Both the position numbers and the translations under genes were made by a program. Source: an uncultured Gammaproteobacteria bacterium (GTDB taxonomy: Bacteria; Patescibacteriota; Microgenomatia; Daviesbacterales; UBA10151). From it: a stretch of DNA of 64,000 nt. The stretch is taken from positions 133,347 to 197,346 of the forward strand of contig CAZCNP010000002.1 in NCBI GenBank assembly GCA_964500725.1. Reading direction: 5' to 3'. Below are positions 30,261-39,763 of the stretch, piece by piece (position 1 is the stretch's first letter; every line of letters begins with the position of its first letter). The notes below the pieces were generated by a model. It saw only the letters and a list, made by a program, of their open reading frames with translations. It ran no database searches and was not told the origin of the DNA.

Positions 30261-31004
30261 ATGAAAACACTTAAGAAGCGATCACCAAAAGTTATCGGTA
30301 TTATGATGACTTATAACTGTGCTGATATGATTGAAAGTACATATAAAAAATTACCAAAAGGAGTTTTTAGTCAAGTTATTGTAGTTGATGACGATTCCAA
30401 AGATAATTCGGTTGAAGTGGCAAAACGTTTGAAACTCAATGTTTATACTCACAAGCATGGAGGTTATGGTGCAAACATTAAATATGGTCTGAAAAAAGTA
30501 TTGTCTTTGGGGGCTGATTATGCAGTCGAAATACATGGTGATGGTCAATACGACCAATCGGTTGTGCCGGCCGCTATCAAAAAAATGGAAACAGGTTTTG
30601 ATTTTTTATTGGGGTCCCGTTTTACTAATCTGAAGCATGCAATTAATGATGGTATGCCACTTGAAAGATATTTTGCTAATTTGGGCTTAAGTTTTATTGA
30701 TAGAATTATCTTGGGTGTTAATCTAACTGAATTCCACACAGGATTTAGGGTTTACAGCAAACGTTTCATTGAAAGTTTAACTTACGAGGGGACATCAGAT
30801 AATTACCTTTATAGTTTCGAGATTATCTGCCAGGCAAAATTTAATGATATGAAAATCGGTGAAGTTCCTATGCGTTGTGACTACAAAGCGGCGCATACAT
30901 CTATTAGTATCAAAAAATCAATTATTTATGCACTCGGAACTTTTGCCATATTAGGAAAATATATTCTAGCCAAAATGGGAGCAAGGGTTAAGATTTTTAA
31001 ATAG
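30261..31004 (+). CDS. Glycosyltransferase family 2 (Dpm1/GtrB-like soluble form).
   Basis: VIGIMMTYNCADMIE...VIVVDDDSKDNS...GGYGANIKYG. Confidence 0.65.
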   Translation: MKTLKKRSPKVIGIMMTYNCADMIESTYKKLPKGVFSQVIVVDDDSKDNSVEVAKRLKLNVYTHKHGGYGANIKYGLKKVLSLGADYAVEIHGDGQYDQSVVPAAIKKMETGFDFLLGSRFTNLKHAINDGMPLERYFANLGLSFIDRIILGVNLTEFHTGFRVYSKRFIESLTYEGTSDNYLYSFEIICQAKFNDMKIGEVPMRCDYKAAHTSISIKKSIIYALGTFAILGKYILAKMGARVKIFK

Positions 31005-31016
31005 TGTAATTTTAGT

Positions 31017-31682
31017 ATGACCGAAATTTTTGTTATCTGCCACGCCGAAGTAATCTATCCAGTTGATGATCAAGGCAGGAAATTAATGTACCCCCCAGAA
31101 ACTCATTTAAGTGATGAAGGTAGAAATCAGTTCAGGTCTTTTGCGATGGGTTTAAGAAATAAAGGAATTGAATTAGATCTTATTGAAACAAGCCCTTATG
31201 TTCGAGCTTATGAATCAGCTATAATTCTTGCAAGTGTTTTTGGAATAAAAGAGCCTGTGAAAAATCAAAATCTTATAGACTCCTATATTCCAGGCTGGAT
31301 TGGTATTCCATTAAGTGAACAACAGAAGCTTGTGGATAAGGGAGAAGATATATATCAATATCCACGTACTGAAAACCAGGAGTCGTATGAACATATAGCC
31401 AGGCGAATGTTCGAAGAATTTAGGAACATTATTAGAAGAAATGATAGCAAGATAGTCACAATCATAAGTCACGGAGACCCTATCCGTTTACTAATGTATA
31501 GATTGGGTCATCCGGAGGGGAGTATACCTAATATGAGTATTTTAAGTAAGGACGGATACTTAAAAAGAGGTGAAGCTTTTCGTGTCAAAGCAGATCAAGA
31601 AGGCAGAATTTTAGAAGCAGAGTTAGTTAGTAATAGGGAAGGGACTGCGGGAGAAAGAGAACTGTATAAAGATAGTCCTTAA
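31017..31682 (+). CDS. Histidine-phosphatase superfamily (phosphoglycerate-mutase-like) protein.
   Basis: IFVICHAEV (RHG-like catalytic His region) and SHGDPIRLL (second His motif). Confidence 0.45.
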   Translation: MTEIFVICHAEVIYPVDDQGRKLMYPPETHLSDEGRNQFRSFAMGLRNKGIELDLIETSPYVRAYESAIILASVFGIKEPVKNQNLIDSYIPGWIGIPLSEQQKLVDKGEDIYQYPRTENQESYEHIARRMFEEFRNIIRRNDSKIVTIISHGDPIRLLMYRLGHPEGSIPNMSILSKDGYLKRGEAFRVKADQEGRILEAELVSNREGTAGERELYKDSP

Positions 31683-31695
31683 GTAAACTAAAAAT

Positions 31696-32418
31696 ATGAG
31701 TGAGAAACCAATAATTGAAATGACACCAAGAGCTGCCCCGATAGAATTTTCTGAAAGCGAACAATGGTGGCAGGGTGCAGAAAAAGCCTATAATTTGCTT
31801 TGTAATGACAGGCCAGCTAAACCCTGTGACATTCTTTACTTTTTCGGCCGTTCTTATTTTGATGCACCCAAGAAAAGTTTTTATGGTTTAGCAGTCAATT
31901 TATATCAGCAAGGGATGGTTAGAAAAATTATAGTCCCCGGCACAGAGGGAGAACGACTGGGTGAAACCATACCCGGAATGGCTCACCCTGGTAAAACGGC
32001 AATGAAAAACCGTTTAGTAAGAATGGGTGTTGCAGAAGAAGATGTAGTATTCAGCAAGCCAGGATATCACACTAAACAAGAAGGTGATGCTTTTTTGGAT
32101 TATTCCATGGAAAATTCTCTGCATAGAGCAATAGCTTTTACTAATCCACATCAGATAGTGCGGGCAATGCTCGGTCTTGTCAGAACAATTAATGATAAGA
32201 GTTTATCCCTTGAAACTTATACTGCTGTACCTGATCCAGAAAAATTTGATTGGGGGAGGATGGTGAAAGGTTCCCAAGGGCAAAAGCTTGAACCGGTATT
32301 CAAACATTTTTATGAAGAACTCTCCAGAATTTCCCGTTATCAGCAAAAAGGTGATCTGGCTGGTTTTGAGGAATTGTTTGAATATATGAATATTCGAAAC
32401 AGCAGAAGACCTACTTAG
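31696..32418 (+). CDS. DUF218 (YdcF/ElyC/SanA)-like protein. Paralog 3.
   Basis: IAFTNPHQIVRAMLGL core motif. VPGTEGE... upstream is similar to YdcF-like proteins. Confidence 0.45.
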   Translation: MSEKPIIEMTPRAAPIEFSESEQWWQGAEKAYNLLCNDRPAKPCDILYFFGRSYFDAPKKSFYGLAVNLYQQGMVRKIIVPGTEGERLGETIPGMAHPGKTAMKNRLVRMGVAEEDVVFSKPGYHTKQEGDAFLDYSMENSLHRAIAFTNPHQIVRAMLGLVRTINDKSLSLETYTAVPDPEKFDWGRMVKGSQGQKLEPVFKHFYEELSRISRYQQKGDLAGFEELFEYMNIRNSRRPT

Positions 32419-33689
32419 ACTATTTTGGGTTCCGGGATTGGGATAATAAACTTTCCGCCGGCTTCTTTAAACCATGGTTCCTTTTTTTCCATAATATGTT
32501 TGGCATAATTCCAGGCAGTAATTAAAATATAATCCGGAGTGCGTTTTTTTAAAGTGTCTTCCGGCAAGATAGGAATATGGGTTCCGGGGGTAAATTTCCC
32601 GATTTTAGAAGGAGCGCTGTCAGTAATGTAATCAATTACATCAGCTCCGATATTACAGTATTGCAAAAGCGTGGTTGCTTTTGCCGATGCTCCATAAGCA
32701 GTAACTTTTTTACCCTTCTTCTTTAGATCCAAAAGCATTTTAGTAAGTTTCTTTTTCACAAGAGGCGGTCTTGCAGCAAACTTTTTATAAGCAGCTAGTT
32801 TATTCAGTCCTAACATTTTTTCATTTTCCAAAAAGTTTCCTACTGATTTATCGATGGGAAAAGGAGATGAGGAGTGTGCCGCGAAAACAATAATTCCTCC
32901 CCCATGTGTATCTGTATGAATTACCTCTATCATCTTCATAGAGTGCATCTTTAAAAGATATAAAAGGGGGGAGACAGCATGGAAACAAATATGTTCATGA
33001 TAAGTATTATCAAATTCGTTATGAGCCAAAAGATCCGCTAAATATTGAACCTCAAAAACAAAGATGCCGTTATTATCCAATAATTCCTTTACTCCTTGAA
33101 AAATATCATGTAAAGCATCCGTATGAGCTAAAGTGTTGTTTGATGTAATTATCCCGGCTTTGCCGTATTTTTTTATCAGTTCCGGGACCTTTTTGCGGCT
33201 AAAAAAATCAGCAATAGTTTCAATACCGTTGCTATTGGCAATTTTAGCTATATTTTCTGCCGGATCTATCCCTAAAACCCTAGCCCCTAATTTTTTAAAA
33301 GGTTTTAGTAATACTCCGTCATTGCTTCCGATATCAATAGTTAATTGTTTTGATTGTTGGGGGAAACGTTTAAAAACTTCTCCAGCATATTCTTCAAAAT
33401 GCCTGACCAGCATAGGGGATGTTGAAGAAAAATAGTCATAATGGCGGTAAATATAAGCTCTGTCTACAATATGTAAGAGTTGGGCCAGGTGGCAGTTATG
33501 ACAGAAATAAACTTTAAGAGGGGCTTTAAATTCCGTTTGTTTTAACTGAGGTTTAGTTAGATATGAATTTGCAGGTGCAGCATTGCCCAGAGATAAATAA
33601 TTTGTTAATTCTTTGCTGCCGCAGATAAGACATTCATTACTTCTTCTGTAGAGTTTTTTGTCTTTAAGCGAATTTGTATTTTTTGACAT
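32415..33689 (-). CDS. Zn-ribbon SAM-dependent (C-)methyltransferase-like. Paralog 3 of 3.
   Basis: CLICGSKELTNYLSLGNAAPAN Zn-ribbon. TIDIGSNDGVLL motif. Collinear with 1135-2433 and 15311-16591. Confidence 0.6.
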   Translation of the reverse strand: MSKNTNSLKDKKLYRRSNECLICGSKELTNYLSLGNAAPANSYLTKPQLKQTEFKAPLKVYFCHNCHLAQLLHIVDRAYIYRHYDYFSSTSPMLVRHFEEYAGEVFKRFPQQSKQLTIDIGSNDGVLLKPFKKLGARVLGIDPAENIAKIANSNGIETIADFFSRKKVPELIKKYGKAGIITSNNTLAHTDALHDIFQGVKELLDNNGIFVFEVQYLADLLAHNEFDNTYHEHICFHAVSPLLYLLKMHSMKMIEVIHTDTHGGGIIVFAAHSSSPFPIDKSVGNFLENEKMLGLNKLAAYKKFAARPPLVKKKLTKMLLDLKKKGKKVTAYGASAKATTLLQYCNIGADVIDYITDSAPSKIGKFTPGTHIPILPEDTLKKRTPDYILITAWNYAKHIMEKKEPWFKEAGGKFIIPIPEPKIV

Positions 33690-34593
33690 ACTTTATATAA
33701 TCGGCAAGTCCCTTCTCTAAATCCATTTTTGGAAACCATCCGATAATTTTTTTGGCTTTCTTGTTGTCCATTGTACCCCGTTTTGGTCTGTCCTGTAAAT
33801 CTTTCACCTCGACTTCGAATTTAAAGTATTTCTTTAAAACATCAACAAATTGAAACAGACTAATAGCGTTACCGCCGCTTATATGAAATACTTCTTTGGC
33901 CGGGGCTTTTAAAGCAACATCGGCAATCCCTCTGACGAGATCTTTTACATAAATAAAATCCATGACAATATTTTTATTGATCCAGAATTTCTCGCCTCTT
34001 AAAATTTTACTTAAAATAATATTGCTTGCCCTTGAGTTCATGTCGCCAAAGCCATATATATTTGTGGTTCTGACCACATTCCAGTTGCTAAGTTCTGCTT
34101 TGGTTAAAAATTCCCCGCCTGCTTTTGATAATCCATAAGGAGTTTTAGGTACAAGTTGATCTTCCTCGTTGATCACATCTTCACAATCTCCATAAGCGGA
34201 TATGGAGGACATGAAAACAAATTTTTTAACGGGAAGACTTTTTATTGCTTCGACAATTTTGTAAGTTAAAGCAAGATCCTCTGTTATTTGTTTTGAAGAG
34301 ATGTTGATATCATTTGCGCGTTCTAAGGGAATTCCGGCCAGATGAATTAAGACATCAGGTTTTTCTTTTTTTAATATTTCTTCTCCCTTTTCTTCGAATT
34401 TTTTTCGATAGATTTTAGCCCCCTTTAGCAAAGTTTCTTTTTTAAACTTATTTATGTTTTTGGTGATTTTTGAGTTCCACTCAGTATAAAAAATAAAGGG
34501 ATCAATAATTACAACGTCATGTTTTCTTGAGATTAATTCACGGGTAAGCCACGACCCTACAAATCCACCGCCTCCTACTATGAGAATTTTCAT
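33664..34593 (-). CDS. NAD-dependent epimerase/dehydratase (extended SDR).
   Basis: MKILIVGGGGFVGSWL Rossmann motif. YGLSK (YxxxK). Confidence 0.6.
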   Translation of the reverse strand: MKILIVGGGGFVGSWLTRELISRKHDVVIIDPFIFYTEWNSKITKNINKFKKETLLKGAKIYRKKFEEKGEEILKKEKPDVLIHLAGIPLERANDINISSKQITEDLALTYKIVEAIKSLPVKKFVFMSSISAYGDCEDVINEEDQLVPKTPYGLSKAGGEFLTKAELSNWNVVRTTNIYGFGDMNSRASNIILSKILRGEKFWINKNIVMDFIYVKDLVRGIADVALKAPAKEVFHISGGNAISLFQFVDVLKKYFKFEVEVKDLQDRPKRGTMDNKKAKKIIGWFPKMDLEKGLADYIKYVKKYKFA

Positions 34594-34720
34594 ATAAATG
34601 TTAAAGCGAGGATAGCAATGATTAAAGAAATAGTCAATAATTATTATTTATTATTGAACCAGAATACCTCGCAACTTGCTGCGGGGATGAATGGTTCACA
34701 TAAGAACTCTCCCGAAGGGA

Positions 34721-34744
34721 TACTCCGCAGTAAACTGCGGAGTA
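34721..34744. promoter_or_regulatory. Perfect GC-rich hairpin (10-bp stem tactccgcag / ctgcggagta, 4-nt loop) in a divergent intergenic region, ~55 nt upstream of the 34798 start.
   Basis: Read directly: tactccgcagTAAActgcggagta, followed by gttcatttt. It is GC-rich against an AT-rich background. Confidence 0.35.
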
Positions 34745-34797
34745 GTTCATTTTAAGATCTTGTATTCTTATACTCTAATGATATATATTAATGAATA

Positions 34798-36015
34798 ATG
34801 AAAAACGGAAAAACATTAAGAGTTAGTCATGCACAGTCCGTATACGGAGATGAGGAGATAAACAGAGTTGTAGCGGTACTGAAAGAACACAGAACTTTAA
34901 TCGGCCGGGAGGTGGATGAATTCGAAAAAAGGGTTGCCAGTCTTTTTAAGAAGAACTACGGTATTATGGTAAACTCCGGTTCTTCGGCAAACTTAGTGGC
35001 AGTTGAACTTTTAGATCTTCCTGCCGGCAGTGAGGTTATTACTCCGCTTCATACTTTCTCAACAACAGTAGCGCCTCTCGTAAATAAAGGATTAATTCCG
35101 GTTTTTGTCGATGTTAAACCAGGGGAGTATGTTATAGATGTAGATAAAATAGAAAAAGCAATTTCCAAAAAAACTAAAGCTTTAATGATACCTATCCTGT
35201 TTGGTTTAGTGCCGGATATGGAGAAACTACAAAAATTAGCTAAGAGTTACAACCTGATTTTCTTGGAAGATTCCTGTGATGCAATAGTCTCCCTGTTTAA
35301 GAATAAGCCAACCGGTGTGTATTCGGATATAACAACAACCTCGGTTTATGGGTCACATGTTATTACTGCAGGTGGCGGAGGGGGAATGGTTATGGTAAAT
35401 AGCGAAAAGTACAGGGATAAGGCAAAAATGTTAAGGGGATGGGGTCGCAGCTCTGCTGTATTTTCAGAATCGGAAGATATTGATGTGCGCTTTTCCCGAA
35501 AAATTGATAATGTTTTATATGATGGCAAGTTTATCTTTGATAGTGTTGCCTATAATTTTCTTCCTTTAGAAATAGGCGCAGCTTTTGGCAATGTGCAGCT
35601 TAACAAGTTAAAGGAGTTCTGCAGAATCAGAGAAAGGAATTATAAGTTTCTGGTTAAAGTTTACAATAAATATTCAGATTATTTTATCCTTCCGGTAGTG
35701 CATAAAGACTCAAGGCCGCAATGGCAGATCTTTCCCTTAACTATCAGGGAAAATGCTCCTTTTACCAGAATTGAATTCGTGAGGTTCTTGGAGGAAAATA
35801 ATGTACAGACCAGACCATTGTCAACAGGTAATGTTTTAAGACAGCCCGGCTTTAAAAATATTCCACATAGGGATACTCAAAAAGAATACCCGTTCTCTGA
35901 TGAGGTATTTGAGCGGGGTTTCATGACGGGTATACATCAAGGCTTAACCCTGGAGCATTTAAACAGATTAGAAGAGGTGGTTGATTCTTTCTTCAAAAAA
36001 CTAAAATCCCGTTGA
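34798..36015 (+). CDS. DegT-family PLP/PMP-dependent sugar 3-dehydratase (ColD / E1-type; the PLP lysine is replaced by histidine).
   Basis: SVYGSHVITAGGGGGMVMV. The other two DegT paralogs have K at this position (FSFNATKIMMSGQGG, FSFYGNKVITTGEGG). Only two Cys in the whole protein. Confidence 0.65.
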   Translation: MKNGKTLRVSHAQSVYGDEEINRVVAVLKEHRTLIGREVDEFEKRVASLFKKNYGIMVNSGSSANLVAVELLDLPAGSEVITPLHTFSTTVAPLVNKGLIPVFVDVKPGEYVIDVDKIEKAISKKTKALMIPILFGLVPDMEKLQKLAKSYNLIFLEDSCDAIVSLFKNKPTGVYSDITTTSVYGSHVITAGGGGGMVMVNSEKYRDKAKMLRGWGRSSAVFSESEDIDVRFSRKIDNVLYDGKFIFDSVAYNFLPLEIGAAFGNVQLNKLKEFCRIRERNYKFLVKVYNKYSDYFILPVVHKDSRPQWQIFPLTIRENAPFTRIEFVRFLEENNVQTRPLSTGNVLRQPGFKNIPHRDTQKEYPFSDEVFERGFMTGIHQGLTLEHLNRLEEVVDSFFKKLKSR

Positions 36016-36053
36016 GTTAATTAGAGCCTCTATTCATATGATAAAATTATTCT

Positions 36054-36908
36054 ATGCTGAAAGCTAAACTAGCTATAGTGACAGGAGGATCAAGGGGGAT
36101 TGGATTTGCTATCGCAAAGGAACTTACTGAAAAAGGAGCAGAAGTTATTATCTGTTCCCGAAATAACGATCAATTAAGTGAAGCAGTGAGCAAGCTTTCT
36201 ACCCCTTCAAAGCCGGCTTTTGGAATAGTAGCTGATGTATCAAAATTTGAAGATTGTCAGAAGTTAATTGATTTTGCCTATTCAAAAAGGGGAAGGATTA
36301 ATATATTGGTCAATAACGCCGGTATCTTTGGTCCGATTGGTTTGCTTGAGACAAATAACCCGGAAAAATGGGAAGAAGTTTTAGCAATCAATGTATTAAG
36401 TGCAGTGTATTGCTCTCAGTTGGTTATTCCATACATGAAAAAAAATGGGGGCGGGAAGATTATTAATTTAGCCGGCGCAGGCGTAGGCAGTCCTCATGCG
36501 CATCCAAGATTTAGCGGTTATTATACATCCAAATCAGCCATTGTAGGTTTTACTGAAACTATGGCAGAGGAGCTTAAAGAGGATAATATTCAGGTTAATG
36601 CGATTGCGCCCGGCGCGATTGCCTCAGAGTTACAATTTGATCTGCTAAAGATGGATAAAACTTTGGTAGGGGAAAATATGTACAAAACTGCAGAGCAGCT
36701 CCTGGAGCAGAATGATATTCCTATAAAATCTGCTGCGAAACTGGCAGCATTTTTGGCTTCGGAAAAAGCGAATCATATAACCGGCAGACTGCTTAGCTCT
36801 AAGTGGGACTCAATTGAGCAATTAGCAGAGATTGAAAGGTTTACCCAAAATAGATATCGATTACGAAGAATTGATAATAAAAAATTTTTTGAAAAAACTG
36901 ATGGATAA
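36054..36908 (+). CDS. Classical short-chain dehydrogenase/reductase.
   Basis: KLAIVTGGSRGIGFAIA, NNAG, YTSSK (YxxxK). Confidence 0.7.
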   Translation: MLKAKLAIVTGGSRGIGFAIAKELTEKGAEVIICSRNNDQLSEAVSKLSTPSKPAFGIVADVSKFEDCQKLIDFAYSKRGRINILVNNAGIFGPIGLLETNNPEKWEEVLAINVLSAVYCSQLVIPYMKKNGGGKIINLAGAGVGSPHAHPRFSGYYTSKSAIVGFTETMAEELKEDNIQVNAIAPGAIASELQFDLLKMDKTLVGENMYKTAEQLLEQNDIPIKSAAKLAAFLASEKANHITGRLLSSKWDSIEQLAEIERFTQNRYRLRRIDNKKFFEKTDG

Positions 36909-36916
36909 ACTATAAA

Positions 36917-37849
36917 ATGAAAATAATATTCTTTGGTCTTGGTTCTATCGGGTTGAGGCATGTTAATATTCTGCAGGAGAATTATCCGCATGATTTATTT
37001 GCTTTTCGTTCAGGAATAAAGGAGGAAGCAAATAATTTGGGGATTAAGGAAATTTATTCCTGGGATGAAGTGAAAACCTTAAAGCCTGATATTGCTTTTA
37101 TAACTAATCCAACCTCCCTTCATGTCGAAACTGCGATAAAATGTGCTGAAATTGAGTGTAAACTTTTTATTGAAAAACCAATAGACAAGGATTTGGATGG
37201 TTTGGATAAACTTTTGGATATAGTCAAAAAGAAACACCTTGTCACTTATGTAGCTTACTGTTTACGTTTTAATTCTGTTCTTAAAAAACTTAAAGAATAT
37301 ATTAATACAGGAAAGGTTCTGCACTTGAGAGCTGTTTACACGTCATTTTATCCTCTTTGGAGACCTGACACCGAGCATTTGAAAGCCTATTCTGCCCATT
37401 CTGGAATGGGCGGAGGGGTTATCCTTGATCTCTCCCATGAGCTTGATTACGTTTCCTGGCTTCTTGGTCCTATTGAAAAAATAGGGGGTAATTTTTCAAA
37501 AAGAAGCAAAGTAACAATAAATACTGAAGACTGGGCAGATATTTTGGTTTCAGCAGAACTTGCCCCTGCCAGCATCCACGTTAATTTTTTTAGTCAGTTG
37601 AAACAAAGGTATGTACAAATTGATTTTGAAAATTTAACTGTAATAGGTGATCTTGTTAATTCAGAAATAAAAGAATATGAAGGACAAACACTCGCGAGAA
37701 ATTTAAGAGTTGATCCGAGTGGACAGGAATACGAAGAGCAGATAAAGTACTTTTTTGATAATATAAATAATCCAGGAATGATGAATAATTTAATCGAAGC
37801 GGCTGATTTATTTAAGAAAATAATACTCTTCAAGGAGAAAAAAATATGA
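36917..37849 (+). CDS. Gfo/Idh/MocA-family oxidoreductase.
   Basis: MKIIFFGLGSIGLRH and FIEKPI (EKP motif). Confidence 0.6.
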   Translation: MKIIFFGLGSIGLRHVNILQENYPHDLFAFRSGIKEEANNLGIKEIYSWDEVKTLKPDIAFITNPTSLHVETAIKCAEIECKLFIEKPIDKDLDGLDKLLDIVKKKHLVTYVAYCLRFNSVLKKLKEYINTGKVLHLRAVYTSFYPLWRPDTEHLKAYSAHSGMGGGVILDLSHELDYVSWLLGPIEKIGGNFSKRSKVTINTEDWADILVSAELAPASIHVNFFSQLKQRYVQIDFENLTVIGDLVNSEIKEYEGQTLARNLRVDPSGQEYEEQIKYFFDNINNPGMMNNLIEAADLFKKIILFKEKKI

Positions 37850-38235
37850 AGTTTGAACACTTAGCTTTAAATGTAAAAGATCCGCTTAATTTAGTGAAAT
37901 GGTATTGCGAAAACTTAGGTTTCTCAGTTGTTAAGGGGATGGATGCTCCACCTTTCGCTCATTTTATAGTTGATTCTTCAAAACATATACTACTTGAGAT
38001 TTTTTATTTAGATGATAAAGAAGTAATAGATTTTTCTGGAGTCGATCCTGCTTCTGTGCATCTTGGTTTTTCTGTTGAAGATATAGAAGAAGAATATAAA
38101 AAACTTATTTCAGCAGGAGCTATGGCCGTCAGTGAAATTACCCTTACAAACAGTGGAGATAAAATAGTAATGCTACGTGATCCCTGGGGAACTCCGGTTC
38201 AATTACTTAAAAGAAAAGGGGCAATGATAAAATAA
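37846..38235 (+). CDS. VOC/glyoxalase-family small protein.
   Basis: FEHLALNVKD...HLGFSVEDIEE. 129 aa, betaalphabetabetabeta-type pattern. It overlaps the upstream stop (ATGA). Confidence 0.45.
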   Translation: MKFEHLALNVKDPLNLVKWYCENLGFSVVKGMDAPPFAHFIVDSSKHILLEIFYLDDKEVIDFSGVDPASVHLGFSVEDIEEEYKKLISAGAMAVSEITLTNSGDKIVMLRDPWGTPVQLLKRKGAMIK

Positions 38236-38239
38236 AAAG

Positions 38240-38968
38240 ATGAATATTTTAAATTCGAAGAATCAAGCTTTGCTTATCACAATTTGCGCAAGAGGCGGTT
38301 CAAAAGGGGTTAAAGGTAAAAATGTTAAAATTTTAAACGGAAAGCCCCTAATTTATTACACTGTTAAGCAGGCAAAAGAGTGGGGGCAAGGAAAGCATGT
38401 TATTGTTACTACTGATTCAGAGGAAATTGCAAAAGTTGCCAGGGAATGTGGCGCAGAAGTTCCTTTTTTAAGACCTGCTGAAATGGCAACGGATACGATA
38501 TCAAAACTTCCTGCCATTAGACATGCATTAAAATTTTCAGAAGAGCTTTATAAAGAAAAATACGATTTAGTTGTTGATCTTGATCCTACAGCTCCTATCA
38601 GGAAAACTTCTGACTTGGAAAATGCTTTGAATTCTTTTTTAGAGAAACTCCCCAAAACATTATTTAGTGTTGTGCCCGCTCATCGGAATCCATATTTTAA
38701 TATGGTTGAAGAAGATTCTGAAGGGAAGGCTCACCTTATCAAGACCGGTGATTTTTTCAGTAGACAGAGTGCGCCTAAGGCATATGACATGAATGCATCG
38801 ATATACATTTACAGTAGAGATTTTTTGATGGATGAGACAAATATGAAACCAATTAGTGATAATTCTATTATTTATATAATGGATGAAATATCACGGTTTG
38901 ATATAGATGCAGAGGTTGATTTTAAATTCATAGAATTTTTATTAAAAGAAGGTATAATATCCTTGTGA
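38240..38968 (+). CDS. Acylneuraminate/nonulosonate cytidylyltransferase family (NeuA/PseF/LegF-like CMP-sugar synthetase).
   Basis: ALLITICARGGSKGVKGKNVKILNGKPLIYYT is the CTP_transf_3 signature. Confidence 0.75.
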   Translation: MNILNSKNQALLITICARGGSKGVKGKNVKILNGKPLIYYTVKQAKEWGQGKHVIVTTDSEEIAKVARECGAEVPFLRPAEMATDTISKLPAIRHALKFSEELYKEKYDLVVDLDPTAPIRKTSDLENALNSFLEKLPKTLFSVVPAHRNPYFNMVEEDSEGKAHLIKTGDFFSRQSAPKAYDMNASIYIYSRDFLMDETNMKPISDNSIIYIMDEISRFDIDAEVDFKFIEFLLKEGIISL

Positions 38969-39756
38969 GCAATTATTCTAATAAATTTTCATTAAAAGGA
39001 AAGAACGCTTTTGTTACCGGAGGCGTAGGGTTTTTAGGATCGGAAGTTGTTAAATCTTTGTCTGAAGCAGGTGCATTTGTGGTCATATTGGATATAAATG
39101 AAAAAAAAGGCAACGGACTTAAGGACGAACTCAAAAATATCAACAGAGATGTTTCATTCGAAATTTTTGATATTACAGATTTAGGAAATATTGATAAAAA
39201 TATAGAAACCCTTAATGAGAAATATAGGCAAATAGATATTTGGATTAATACAGCTTATCCCAAAACTGATGACTGGGGAACAAGGGCTGGGGAGCTATCT
39301 TTAGATTCATGGAGAAAAAATATTGACATTCATCTTAACGCCTACAGTTGGATCAGCAGGAAAGTATGTTTGATTATGAAAGAGCAAAAAGGAGGCAGCC
39401 TTGTTAATTTTGGTTCCATTTATGGGGTGGTGGGAAATAATTTTTCTGTTTATGAAGGTACAGATCTCAGAAGTCCAATGGCATACGCAGCAATTAAAGG
39501 AGGAATTATTAATTTAGGTCGTTATCTGGCTTCTTATTTTGGGGAGTTTAATGTTAGAGTAAACACTGTTTGCCCGGGGGGAATTTTCAATAATCAGGAT
39601 GAGACATTTGTAAAAAATTATGAAAAAAATACGCCGCTTAAGAGGATGGGAAAACCTGATGAGATTGCTGCTGCAGTTTTATTTTTAGCTTCCGATGCGG
39701 CCTCGTATATTACCGGTACTACATTCATGGTTGATGGCGGATGGACAGCAATTTAA
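38965..39756 (+). CDS. SDR-family oxidoreductase (FabG-like).
   Basis: KNAFVTGGVGFLGSEV and YAAIK (YxxxK). Confidence 0.65.
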   Translation: MSNYSNKFSLKGKNAFVTGGVGFLGSEVVKSLSEAGAFVVILDINEKKGNGLKDELKNINRDVSFEIFDITDLGNIDKNIETLNEKYRQIDIWINTAYPKTDDWGTRAGELSLDSWRKNIDIHLNAYSWISRKVCLIMKEQKGGSLVNFGSIYGVVGNNFSVYEGTDLRSPMAYAAIKGGIINLGRYLASYFGEFNVRVNTVCPGGIFNNQDETFVKNYEKNTPLKRMGKPDEIAAAVLFLASDAASYITGTTFMVDGGWTAI

Positions 39757-39763
39757 ATAATTC

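Noticed and set aside
34798-36015. A firm call as CDP-6-deoxy-4-keto-glucose 3-dehydrase E1 (RfbH/DdhC).
   Set aside because: Only two cysteines are present, which is insufficient for the E1 [2Fe-2S] site as I recall it. No E3 reductase gene is seen either. It is left as a ColD/E1-type 3-dehydratase with the substrate nucleotide unresolved.
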